Shown: positions 28,263 through 36,906 of the stretch, one piece after another
How the letters are laid out: each line of letters starts with the position of its first letter
Position numbering within the stretch: the first letter of the stretch is position 1
Assembly: GCA_001780275.1 (NCBI GenBank)
Contig: MFGB01000007.1
Location: 2,280-66,279 of the forward strand
From: Candidatus Falkowbacteria bacterium RIFOXYA2_FULL_47_19
GTDB lineage: Bacteria > Patescibacteriota > Patescibacteriia > Patescibacteriales > UBA12075
Direction: 5' to 3'
Length of the DNA: 64,000 bases
The notes under the pieces: model-generated
Databases searched by the model: none
The model's input: only the letters and a program-made list of their open reading frames with translations
Told to the model about the DNA's origin: nothing
Made by a program: the position numbers and the translations under genes

Positions 28263-28460
28263 TTCGGTGTAGCTAGGTTGTAAAGAGCGGAGGTTATTGG
28301 TTTATGTCCCCCAAGTCCTACGCGTTTGCCTTAAACTTTTCTCTTTTCCTGTCCGCAATATCCTTTCGGCCAATCATGGGATCCGGCTGTCGGTTATTTC
28401 TTCCCTTTCGTTTTGAATTAGGGTGGAACTAAAAAGAAATCGGTTTAAGCGCAAACGCCT
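28263..28460. other. candidate structured RNA or leader (two strong helices); strand unresolved
   Basis: Helix 1: 28263-28273 pairs with 28291-28300 (10 bp, 1 bulge). Helix 2: 28322-28336 pairs with 28443-28458 (15 bp, 1 bulge), enclosing 106 nt. The region is not AT-rich, unlike neighbouring spacers. Confidence 0.35.
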
Positions 28461-28607
28461 GGAACTTGAATTAATATATTATCTTAGCACAAAATTTTAT
28501 TTTTGTCAACCAGAACGTTCTCTACTGTTAATAATTATAATAATTTTTTACTAATACTAAACAAATAAAAAATAAAATTTGCCTGATTTTACTAAAAAAA
28601 TAAAAAT

Positions 28608-28616
28608 TGGTATAAT
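28608..28616 (+). promoter_or_regulatory. extended -10 promoter element upstream of radC
   Basis: TGGTATAAT (TGnTATAAT) 30 nt upstream of the ATG. Confidence 0.5.
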
Positions 28617-28645
28617 AAAAAGAGTTAACAAGCTCAAAAAAAATT

Positions 28646-29383
28646 ATGTCCGCCTATAAACTTAACGGCAATGACAAAATAATCGACAGCGATAAGCAAT
28701 ATGTCTTAAGGGTCAGGGATCTGGCCAAAGAAGACAAGCCTCGGGAAAAGCTCATCAAATACGGACCGGATATTTTGTCGGCCGCTGAACTTTTAGCTAT
28801 TATCTTAAGCACCGGCACGAAAAAAGAAGAGGTTATGACTATGGCTTCCCGGCTTTTAAAGGAATACGGAGAAAAAACGATCATAAACCAGACCAAACCC
28901 GTGGTTCTCGAAAAAGAACTCGGCATCCCGATAACCAAAGCTTGCCAGATAGTCGCCTGCTTTGCCCTGGGGCGCAGATTTTTCCGGGAAACGAACGGCG
29001 GAGCGGTTACGATCAGAACCGCCAAGCAGGCCTTTAATTATTTGAAGGATATGCGCGATCTGCCCAAGGAACAGTTGCGCGGGCTTTATCTTAATAGCCG
29101 CTACCGCCTGATCCATGACGAAGTCATATCCGTGGGGAGCCTGACCGCCAACATCGTCCATCCGCGGGAAATATTCCGGCCGGCGATAGAATATTCCGCG
29201 GCCGCGGTCATTATCGCCCATAATCACCCCTCGGGAAGCGTTACTCCCACAAAGTCGGATATTACCGCAACTGATCAGATCGCCGCGGCCGGACGAATAT
29301 TAGGAATAGATCTTTTGGACCACATCATTATCGCCAAGAATAAATTCGCGAGTATTCAGCTAAACCAAGCTCTTAACGTTTAA
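28646..29383 (+). CDS. radC: RadC-like JAB/MPN domain protein
   Basis: HhH-like N-terminal region (LSAAELLAIILSTGTKKE) and JAMM motif HNHPSGSVTPTKSD. Confidence 0.85.
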   Translation: MSAYKLNGNDKIIDSDKQYVLRVRDLAKEDKPREKLIKYGPDILSAAELLAIILSTGTKKEEVMTMASRLLKEYGEKTIINQTKPVVLEKELGIPITKACQIVACFALGRRFFRETNGGAVTIRTAKQAFNYLKDMRDLPKEQLRGLYLNSRYRLIHDEVISVGSLTANIVHPREIFRPAIEYSAAAVIIAHNHPSGSVTPTKSDITATDQIAAAGRILGIDLLDHIIIAKNKFASIQLNQALNV

Positions 29384-29405
29384 TTAACAACTTAACGCGA
29401 AAATT

Positions 29406-29720
29406 ATGGATCGCGGCAAACAAACAGGGTATTACTCGATCACCGAGAATAGCCTCACGACCGTCTCTGATAAATCCAGCTGCGGCTTTCAGCTGCTTTT
29501 TCTGCGCGACCTTGAAGAAGACGGGCCCGACAAGAAAACGGACAGACTCAAGCGGGTGGATTTTCACGTCCGTTCCGACGATTATTTCGGTACCGCGGCC
29601 ACCGTGCTCGATTATATCGCTCAGGAAAGCGCCATGGAACCGGGCTACCGTTTAGTTCTCAAAAATATCAAAAACGACATGCTTTATCTCCAGGATAATT
29701 ACAGGATCGTGAAAAAATAA
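29406..29720 (+). CDS. hypothetical protein
   Basis: 104-aa ORF 22 nt downstream of radC on the same strand. Confidence 0.45.
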   Translation: MDRGKQTGYYSITENSLTTVSDKSSCGFQLLFLRDLEEDGPDKKTDRLKRVDFHVRSDDYFGTAATVLDYIAQESAMEPGYRLVLKNIKNDMLYLQDNYRIVKK

Positions 29721-29730
29721 TTTATCACAA

Positions 29731-29766
29731 AAAAAACCAAGCTCCCGCGAAGAGTTTGGTTTTTTG
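29731..29766. terminator. bidirectional terminator between convergent genes
   Basis: AAAAAACCAAGCTC-ccgcgaa-GAGTTTGGTTTTTT. Confidence 0.75.
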
Positions 29767-29776
29767 TTCTCCCGGA

Positions 29777-31666
29777 TCATCGGTCGGCCAGCCCGAATTG
29801 GCTATTATATAGCGAGGAGTAAAAACCCTGACGGGCTATAAGCTCGCCGTGCCTTCCCTGCTCCACTATATTGCCGTCATTAACGACCAGGATCAGATCC
29901 GCGTTCCTGATCGTCGATAAACGATGGGCGATCACGAAACTGGTCCTGTTTCTCATGAGTTTGTCCATGGCTTTCTGTATCAATACCTCGGTTCTTGTAT
30001 CGACCGAACTGGTCGCCTCATCGAGTATTAAAATGGGCGGATCGGAAAGCATTGCCCGGGCGATCGTCAAAAGCTGTTTTTCGCCCTGGGAAATATTATC
30101 GGTCTCTTCGTTCAATTCCATGTCATAGCCGCCGGGCAAGGTACGTATGAACTGGTCGGCATGAGCCGCTTCCGCCGCCGCTATAATCTCCTCTTCGGTG
30201 GCTGATTGGTTGCCGTATGCGATATTATCCCGGATCGTACCGTTAAAAAGCCAGGCATCCTGCAGGACCATTCCGAAAAGGCGGCGCAAACGCGAACGCT
30301 TTAGTTCGCGTATATCCGTTCCGTCCACGAGAATAGCTCCGCCGTTCACCTCGTAAAAACGCATCAGAAGGTTAACCAACGTGGTCTTGCCCGCACCTGT
30401 CGGGCCGACGATGGCCACTCGTTTTCCGGGATCGATCTTGGCGTTTAACCCCTTAATAACCGTCTTTTCCGGTTCATAGCCGAAAACAACGCCTTTAAAT
30501 TCTACTTTGCCCCGAACATCGCTCGGTCCGGTTGATTTTTCCGGTTCCCGCGTTTCTTCCGCCTCGTCAAGAAATTCGAAAACGCGCTCCGCGGCCGCCG
30601 CTGTCGACTGAAGTATATTGGCGATGTTGGCTGTCTGGACAATCGGCTGGTTGAATTGCTGGACGTAATGGATAAAGGCCTGGATATCCCCGATGCTGAC
30701 TCGGCCGCGCAGAGCCAAAATCCCCCCCAACACGCTTACGCCCACATAACCGAGATTGCCGAAAAAGCTCATGAGCGGCATCATAAGTCCGGAAAGGAAT
30801 TGCGCCTGCCAGGCGCTATCGTGCAATTGCTCGTTCATGGAACGGAATTTATTCAATGAACGTTTTTCCCCGCCGAATACTTTGACGATATTATGTCCGG
30901 CATACATCTCTTCGATGTGTCCGTTGATCCTGCCGAGGGAATCCTGCTGATCCCTGAAATGCTTCTGCGATCTCTTTATTATGGCGCTAATGGCCGCGAG
31001 GCTCAAAGGCAGTATCATAAGGGCAACAAGGGTCATGAGCCAATTTATCAAGAACATCATGATTAAAATTCCGACCAAAGCCGTGACCGCTGTAATTATC
31101 TGGGTTAGGCTTTGGTTAAGCGTCTGGGAAAGGGTGTCCACGTCGTTTATAACCCGACTAAGAATATCGCCATGGGCTTTATCGTCGAAATACTTTAAGG
31201 GCAAGCGGTTGATTTTTTTGGAAATAGCCTTTCGAAAATCATAGGTGATCTTTTGGGCGACGTCCGCCATGAGCCATCCCTGAATATACCCGAAAAGGGC
31301 GCTTAAAAGATATAATACGATCAAAAGCATTGCCGTATGACCCAAAACACCGAAATTCACTCCTGGGCGGGGGCTCAATTCTCCCGGACTAGCGGCGTTG
31401 TCATACGCCTTTATGTCCATAAAATCGCTAACGATCTGATTGGTCATGCCGCCAAGGATCTTTGGACTAAGTATAATGAAAGCCGTACTAAAGATCGCGA
31501 ATATGACCACGACAATGATTGGCGACCAAAAAGGCCTTAAGTAAACGATCAGATTCTTCATCGTGTCCTTGAAGTTTCTGGCTTTTTCTATCTTGATCAT
31601 GTAGCCCGGACCGCGCATGGGCATAATCGGCTTGGATTGTTTTTGGTTGTTTTTATTTTCAGTCAT
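29777..31666 (-). CDS. ABC exporter, fused permease/ATPase (heterodimer subunit 2)
   Basis: Six-TM exporter domain, Walker A GPTGAGKTT, signature ISQGEKQLLTIARA, Walker B ILILDEATS. Confidence 0.9.
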   Translation of the reverse strand: MTENKNNQKQSKPIMPMRGPGYMIKIEKARNFKDTMKNLIVYLRPFWSPIIVVVIFAIFSTAFIILSPKILGGMTNQIVSDFMDIKAYDNAASPGELSPRPGVNFGVLGHTAMLLIVLYLLSALFGYIQGWLMADVAQKITYDFRKAISKKINRLPLKYFDDKAHGDILSRVINDVDTLSQTLNQSLTQIITAVTALVGILIMMFLINWLMTLVALMILPLSLAAISAIIKRSQKHFRDQQDSLGRINGHIEEMYAGHNIVKVFGGEKRSLNKFRSMNEQLHDSAWQAQFLSGLMMPLMSFFGNLGYVGVSVLGGILALRGRVSIGDIQAFIHYVQQFNQPIVQTANIANILQSTAAAAERVFEFLDEAEETREPEKSTGPSDVRGKVEFKGVVFGYEPEKTVIKGLNAKIDPGKRVAIVGPTGAGKTTLVNLLMRFYEVNGGAILVDGTDIRELKRSRLRRLFGMVLQDAWLFNGTIRDNIAYGNQSATEEEIIAAAEAAHADQFIRTLPGGYDMELNEETDNISQGEKQLLTIARAMLSDPPILILDEATSSVDTRTEVLIQKAMDKLMRNRTSFVIAHRLSTIRNADLILVVNDGNIVEQGRHGELIARQGFYSSLYNSQFGLADR

Positions 31667-31671
31667 AATAA

Positions 31672-33423
31672 TCAGCTGCTAATACTTGATCTGCCGCCAA
31701 GTTCTTTTTCCGACAATTGCGATAATGCTATTTCCTTATAAACCGAGCAGGTTTTCCATAATTCCCCGTGCTTTCCGGTCCCGACTATCCTGCCTTTGTC
31801 CAGAACAATTATTTGATCGGCATTTATAACGGTGCCGATCCTTTGAGCGACCACCAGAACTGCGGATTTTTCCGTTTCCGCTTTAAGGGCTTTACGCAGG
31901 ACAGCATCGGTCCGGAAATCCAAGGCTGAAAAACTGTCATCAAACAGGAAAATATCCGGTTTTTTAGCCAATGCCCGCGCGATAGATAAACGCTGTTTCT
32001 GGCCGCCGGAAACATTCGAGCCTCCCTGGGAAATCGATCCGCCGTATTTACCGCCTATCCGGCCGATAAATTCGGCGGCTTGCGCGACTTCCGCCGCCCG
32101 TCGCATCTCCCGGTCATGCGCTTTCGGCGCGCCGTATTTTATATTGCTTTTAACCGTACCGGAAAATAATACGCCTTTTTGCGGAACGTATCCGAGACAA
32201 GAGTAAAGGTCGGCGAATCTAAGATCTCGCACATCAACGCCCTTCACGAACACATGACCGTAGTTCACGTCATAAAAACGGGTAATCAGGTGGATAAGAG
32301 TCGATTTGCCGCTGCCGGTCGAACCGATAAAGGCTGTCGTTTTTCCGGCCGGAACCGAAAAACTTATATTCTCGAGAACAGGATATTCGGCACCGGGATA
32401 AGCGAAGGTTACGCCGCGAAATTCGACAGCCGGTGCGCCGGTTATGAAGGGGGCGCTTCTGGCTGGCTCTTTTATGGACGGTTCCGTTTCGAGAACTTCG
32501 GCCACGCGAGCGCCGGAAACGGAAGCGCGCGGCAACATTATGAAAATCATCGACATCATCATGAATCCGAAAAGAACCTGCATCGAATACTGCATAAAAG
32601 CGATCATATCCCCTATAAGCAGGCCGCCTTCTCCGATAAGGCTCGCGCCGTACCAAACTACGGCGATCATCGTAAAGCTTGATACAAGCGTCATGAACGG
32701 CTGCATTATCGCCATCAGCCGATTAAGAAAAAGGTTTAAAGCGGTCAAATCGGCATTAGCCCGATCGAATTTCCCCTCTTCGTATTTTTCGGCATTAAAC
32801 GCACGGATAACCTTTAAACCGGTCAAATTTTCACGGGTAACGAGATTGAGCCGATCGACGAGTATCTGCAGAAGCTTGAATTTAGGCATAACAACGCTCC
32901 AGATAAACAAAACCATGCCGATCATAACAAACACCGCCGCTCCCATTATCCAGGTCATGGAGGGCGCAGTCCGGTAAGCCTGAAAAATAGCGCCGGCCGC
33001 GGTCAGCGGAGCTACGAGCATTATCCTTAACATCATATATACGATCGTCTGGATCTGCTGGATATCGTTGGTCGAACGCGTGATCAACGAAGAAGTCGAA
33101 AATCGGTTGAATTCGGCCAGCGAGAATCCCTGCGCCTTGGCGAAGACTTTCTCGCGTATAGCTGTAGCGAATCCGGTCGCGACACGAGCCGCCTGATAGC
33201 CGGCCATAACGATACAGACGGCTCCGACCAAAGAAAGGCCGAGCATAAAAAGTCCGGTCGAAATTATCACGTCGATTTCACTTCCTCCCAGTATGCCCTG
33301 ATCGACGATCCGGGCTATATAACCGGGTAATTCTAAATTTACCGTAACCTGAATTACGGTCAAGAAAAAAATAACGATGATCTGCCGTATATAATTTTTT
33401 AAATATTTAAGTAATTCGATCAT
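31672..33423 (-). CDS. ABC exporter, fused permease/ATPase (heterodimer subunit 1)
   Basis: Six-TM domain, Walker A GSTGSGKST, signature VSGGQKQRLSIARA, Walker B IFLFDDSFS (degenerate catalytic Glu, typical of asymmetric heterodimers). Confidence 0.9.
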   Translation of the reverse strand: MIELLKYLKNYIRQIIVIFFLTVIQVTVNLELPGYIARIVDQGILGGSEIDVIISTGLFMLGLSLVGAVCIVMAGYQAARVATGFATAIREKVFAKAQGFSLAEFNRFSTSSLITRSTNDIQQIQTIVYMMLRIMLVAPLTAAGAIFQAYRTAPSMTWIMGAAVFVMIGMVLFIWSVVMPKFKLLQILVDRLNLVTRENLTGLKVIRAFNAEKYEEGKFDRANADLTALNLFLNRLMAIMQPFMTLVSSFTMIAVVWYGASLIGEGGLLIGDMIAFMQYSMQVLFGFMMMSMIFIMLPRASVSGARVAEVLETEPSIKEPARSAPFITGAPAVEFRGVTFAYPGAEYPVLENISFSVPAGKTTAFIGSTGSGKSTLIHLITRFYDVNYGHVFVKGVDVRDLRFADLYSCLGYVPQKGVLFSGTVKSNIKYGAPKAHDREMRRAAEVAQAAEFIGRIGGKYGGSISQGGSNVSGGQKQRLSIARALAKKPDIFLFDDSFSALDFRTDAVLRKALKAETEKSAVLVVAQRIGTVINADQIIVLDKGRIVGTGKHGELWKTCSVYKEIALSQLSEKELGGRSSISS

Positions 33424-33475
33424 AATAATTAAAATCTTCCAATAACCTTGAAATTATTTTTATAACCGGTGTAAT

Positions 33476-33484
33476 ATTATACCA
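33476..33484 (-). promoter_or_regulatory. extended -10 element upstream of the ABC exporter operon
   Basis: The minus strand reads TGGTATAAT, the same 9-mer as upstream of radC. Confidence 0.45.
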
Positions 33485-33509
33485 AAAATCGCCCCGATTG
33501 GCGATTTTT
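33484..33509 (-). terminator. terminator downstream of tRNA-Pro
   Basis: AAAAATCGCC-ccgatt-GGCGATTTTT. Confidence 0.65.
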
Positions 33510-33542
33510 AGCTTTCGTAAATGATTTACATTTAGTGAAAAG

Positions 33543-33614
33543 TCGGGCTGGGCGGAATTGAACCGCCATTACACGAACCCGAATCGTGCGTAATAGCCTT
33601 TATACCACAGCCCG
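33543..33614 (-). tRNA. tRNA-Pro (anticodon CGG), no encoded CCA
   Basis: Minus strand reads CGGGCTG...CAGCCCGA. Anticodon stem CACGA/TCGTG with loop TTCGGGT (U33, CGG, G37). T-arm GGCGG-TTCAATT-CCGCC. Confidence 0.8.
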
Positions 33615-33628
33615 TATGGATTGCCGAA

Positions 33629-33970
33629 TTATTTGGTGGAAAAAATCTTATTTAATACATAGCCGACAAGCGATAAAATTATACCGAACAAAATCGCTGT
33701 CCAGAAGCCGCTAACATGAAAACCCTTTATTACCGATGAAACCAGCATTATTAGCGCTGCATTAATAATAAACGTAAACAGGCCTAATGTCAAGATATTG
33801 ATCGGCAGGGTCAGGATCAGCAAAACAGGCTTCAGGGTAACGTTTATAAGGCCCAAAAACAAGGCTACCCACAGGGCCGCCCAAAAAGTATCGATGGTAA
33901 CGCCGGTAATTATATAAGCGCCGATGATCACGGCACAAGCGTTAAGAAGCCATTTTAATAAAATCTGCAT
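33629..33970 (-). CDS. four-TM membrane protein of the phage-holin-4-like (YvlD/DUF360) family
   Basis: Sequence pattern LLNACAVIIGAYIITGVTIDTFWAALWVALFLGLINVTLKPVLLILTLPINILTLGLFTFIINAALIMLVS is typical of this family. Confidence 0.6.
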   Translation of the reverse strand: MQILLKWLLNACAVIIGAYIITGVTIDTFWAALWVALFLGLINVTLKPVLLILTLPINILTLGLFTFIINAALIMLVSSVIKGFHVSGFWTAILFGIILSLVGYVLNKIFSTK

Positions 33971-33976
33971 AAATAT

Positions 33977-34306
33977 CTACTTCTTAATCAAATCGTCCCT
34001 CTTTAAAAGCTTCTTTACGATAATATAAAGAATTGTTAAAACAATAAAGAAACTTAACAAAGCATCTATAATAGAGCCGATGTCAAAAACAGCTCCGCCA
34101 AGCTTAAAAGTCAGGTTCTGGAATTTTTCACCGGGAACAATCAGATCGATAAATGGCGTAAAAATACCTTTGACGAGCGCGTCAATCAGGGTTTTTGAAC
34201 TCTGCGCGATAATCACGCCAATCGCCATCCCGACAACTGAATATTCCTTGAGGAAGGCAAAAAGGCCGGCCGCGAAATTTTTTTTCTCCGTTTTTTCTTC
34301 TGTCAT
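33977..34306 (-). CDS. mscL: large-conductance mechanosensitive channel
   Basis: FLKEYSVVGMAIGVIIAQSSKTLIDALVKGIFTPFIDLI. The start is moved to the ATG at 34306 because the longer ORF runs through the tRNA gene. Confidence 0.85.
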   Translation of the reverse strand: MTEEKTEKKNFAAGLFAFLKEYSVVGMAIGVIIAQSSKTLIDALVKGIFTPFIDLIVPGEKFQNLTFKLGGAVFDIGSIIDALLSFFIVLTILYIIVKKLLKRDDLIKK

Positions 34307-34335
34307 AAATTCTTGAATCAGCCCGCCATTGTTCG

Positions 34336-34406
34336 TGGACCTAGGGAGAATCGAACTCCCGTCTCTACAATGCGAATGTAGCGTTATACCACTAGACCAT
34401 AGGCCC
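34336..34406 (-). tRNA. tRNA-Ala (anticodon CGC), no encoded CCA
   Basis: Minus strand reads GGGCCTA...TAGGTCCA with a G3:U70 pair. Anticodon stem CTACA/TGTAG with loop TTCGCAT. T-arm GGGAG-TTCGATT-CTCCC. The D-arm pairs poorly, so confidence is reduced. Confidence 0.65.
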
Positions 34407-34437
34407 AAAAGCCATGGCGGGCAGATTTTCTCATTTT

Positions 34438-35196
34438 TTATTTTATGAGCTCAATGCTCTCTATGATCACGTCCTCGGTCGGATGATCCCGTTCGTTCAC
34501 TTCAACTTTTTCGATCTTATCGACCGCGTCCATGCCCTCGGTCACATAACCGAAATTCGTGTGTTTGCCGTCGAGCCAGGGCGTAAAATCCTTGGTAACT
34601 ATAAAAAACTGGGAGCCGTTCGTGTCGGGGCCGGCATTGGCCATAGCGAGCGAACCGCGTACCAGGGGATGATCATTAAACTCGTCCGCGAATTTATAAC
34701 CCGGGCCGCCCATGCCGTCATTAGACCAATCATCGTCTTTGGAATTAGGATCACCGCCCTGGATCATGAAATCCGGGATCACCCGATGGAACTTGGTACC
34801 GTCGTAAAAACCGTTTTTGGCCAGAGTCAGAAAATTATTGACTGTTTTGGGCGATTCCGCGCCGTAGAATTTAACGGTAATGTCCCCGAAATTGGTTTTA
34901 AGTATCGCTCCGGTATATTCGCCGAAAAGCTCTTCCGTGGCCATGCCCGGTCGGGGCTCTTCCGCCGGCGGCGGGGTCGGCGGTTGGGGTACCGTCGATG
35001 AATCATTGCCGTTGCCAGTGGGTTTTACTACCGGCGTGGCTCCGTTTTTGATGTCTTGCATACGCGCTAGAACGTCACCCTCGCCGTAATTGGCCGTTTC
35101 CGGGGGCACCGTTTCTTCATTAAATTGGCTGACCGGAGTAGCTGTGCAGCCAGCCAAGAGGATTAATAAGCCGATGATCGTTATGTGTTTATACAT
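34438..35196 (-). CDS. cyclophilin-type peptidyl-prolyl isomerase, lipoprotein
   Basis: Lipobox LLAGC and cyclophilin signature [18 protein letters not shown] at 35196 with AAGGAG upstream is preferred over the GTG at 35253. Confidence 0.85.
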   Translation of the reverse strand: MYKHITIIGLLILLAGCTATPVSQFNEETVPPETANYGEGDVLARMQDIKNGATPVVKPTGNGNDSSTVPQPPTPPPAEEPRPGMATEELFGEYTGAILKTNFGDITVKFYGAESPKTVNNFLTLAKNGFYDGTKFHRVIPDFMIQGGDPNSKDDDWSNDGMGGPGYKFADEFNDHPLVRGSLAMANAGPDTNGSQFFIVTKDFTPWLDGKHTNFGYVTEGMDAVDKIEKVEVNERDHPTEDVIIESIELIK

Positions 35197-35325
35197 ATAC
35201 GGGTTTGCTCCTTGTCCCGGCATTTCGGGATTTTCGGAGTTATGATAATTCACAATATTCCTAAAATCATTTTAGCAGATTTTCCTTAATCAGGAAAGTC
35301 TGTTTTGGCGTTAAAACCGGGAAAT

Positions 35326-36819
35326 TTATTTGACCCAATATTCTTCTTTCATCTTCCTGTCATCCTCTTCCCGTTTTTCCTCGATCGCCTCCCTGGCTTT
35401 TTTCCTGAGTTCGGCCAATTCCTCTTCCTTGAGTTCCCGTGCCCGCCTGTCAAGATATTCCGGTTCGTTCAGAGCGGGATCTTCGATCACTTCCATGAGC
35501 AGAACGTCTAAAACCGCGCCCATTTTCGGCCCGGGCTCGAAACCCAGTTCGGCGATCATACGGTCCCCGTTGAGCTTGAGATCGCGGACCGACACCGGAT
35601 CGTTCTGCACTTTTTCCATCATGTATTCCAGATGCCGCAATTTATAGGGTTTAGCTTTCGGCACTCCCGAGCCGAGCCGGTCCGCGATCCGGAGATCGAT
35701 CAGGTCCTTAAGGTTCTCCTTGCCGACCTTCCTGATCAGGCGCCTGACCGAAGCGGCGGTAACCTCGTCGACATTATAATAGAACATATGATGCCGCACC
35801 AGGTTGGTTATTTTTTCCGTATCTTCGTTCGAGAATTTAAGCCGCGCGAGTATTTTTCGCGTAATCCTCTCGCCCGCGTATTCATGATTGTAAAAAGTCG
35901 CCACGCCGTTTATGATCTTTTTGGTTTTCGGTTTGCCGATATCGTGGAGCAGGGCGGCCATGCGCACGCGCCAATCCCGGCTCGGGCAATATTTAAGCGA
36001 CAGTAAATTATGCCTGAACACCGTATAAACGTGGTGCCTGTCCTGTTTTACGTCAACACCGATCAATAATTCGGGCATAATATACTGTAATAATTTCGTA
36101 TCGTGCAGGAGAGCAATCCCTTCGTATGCCCGGTCCGACTCCAGGATTTTCTTAAGCTCGTCCCGAATCCTTTCATTGGCGATGAATTTGATGCTGCCCG
36201 CCAGCTTGACGATCGCCCGTTCCGTTTTCGGTTCGATCGCGAACCCTAATTGGGAGGCGAAACGAATCCCCCTCATCATGCGCAAGGCGTCTTCCTTGAA
36301 CCTGTCCGCCGGCTCCCCTACTGCCCGCACCACTTTCTTTTCGATATCCTTCCGTCCTCCGAATAAATCTATTATCTCATAGCTTCCCCCCGATCCTTTT
36401 AAGCCGGCCTTATTCAAATTCAAGGCCAAAGCATTGACCGTGAAATCCCGTCTTTCCAGATCTTTCTCGAGTTTATCCTCGAAAATGACCTTGTCCGGGT
36501 GCCGCCGGTCGCTGTACCCCCGTTCCGACCGGTAGGTCGTAACTTCCGCGACCGGGTCCGATTCGGACGATAACGTCCCATTGGGTTTTTGTTTTTCTAT
36601 TCTCTTTGCGGGTATCAATACGGTTCCGAATTCATTTTCGTATTTGCCTTCAGGAAAAACCTTTAACATCTGCTCCGGCCTGGCATTCGTGGTAATGTCC
36701 CAATCCTTGGGTTTTTTTTCCATCAACAAGTCCCGTACGCAACCGCCCACTATATAAGCCTCAAAACCGGCCTTTTCAAGCCTAGCGATTATAGTTTGGA
36801 CGTAATCGGGTATGGTCAT
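35326..36819 (-). CDS. cca: CCA-adding tRNA nucleotidyltransferase with HD domain
   Basis: GGCVRDLL head motif, HD domain ALLHDIGKP, charged C-terminal tail. Confidence 0.85.
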   Translation of the reverse strand: MTIPDYVQTIIARLEKAGFEAYIVGGCVRDLLMEKKPKDWDITTNARPEQMLKVFPEGKYENEFGTVLIPAKRIEKQKPNGTLSSESDPVAEVTTYRSERGYSDRRHPDKVIFEDKLEKDLERRDFTVNALALNLNKAGLKGSGGSYEIIDLFGGRKDIEKKVVRAVGEPADRFKEDALRMMRGIRFASQLGFAIEPKTERAIVKLAGSIKFIANERIRDELKKILESDRAYEGIALLHDTKLLQYIMPELLIGVDVKQDRHHVYTVFRHNLLSLKYCPSRDWRVRMAALLHDIGKPKTKKIINGVATFYNHEYAGERITRKILARLKFSNEDTEKITNLVRHHMFYYNVDEVTAASVRRLIRKVGKENLKDLIDLRIADRLGSGVPKAKPYKLRHLEYMMEKVQNDPVSVRDLKLNGDRMIAELGFEPGPKMGAVLDVLLMEVIEDPALNEPEYLDRRARELKEEELAELRKKAREAIEEKREEDDRKMKEEYWVK

Positions 36820-36842
36820 ATTTCCGGTTAAAACAATTAAAA

Positions 36843-36864
36843 AACCAATATCAGTAATTGGTTT
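36843..36864 (-). terminator. terminator of the histidine kinase gene
   Basis: The minus strand reads AACCAAT-tactgat-ATTGGTT followed by TTTTAATT. Confidence 0.6.
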
Positions 36865-36906
36865 CTATAATAAAATAATATAATAATTAGTAATTTTAGT
36901 CAATAT

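Noticed and set aside
33629-33970. Prophage remnant, suggested by a holin-family gene between two tRNA genes.
   Set aside because: There is no integrase, no other phage gene and no att-like direct repeats. This protein family (YvlD/DUF360-like) is widespread as a chromosomal membrane protein.
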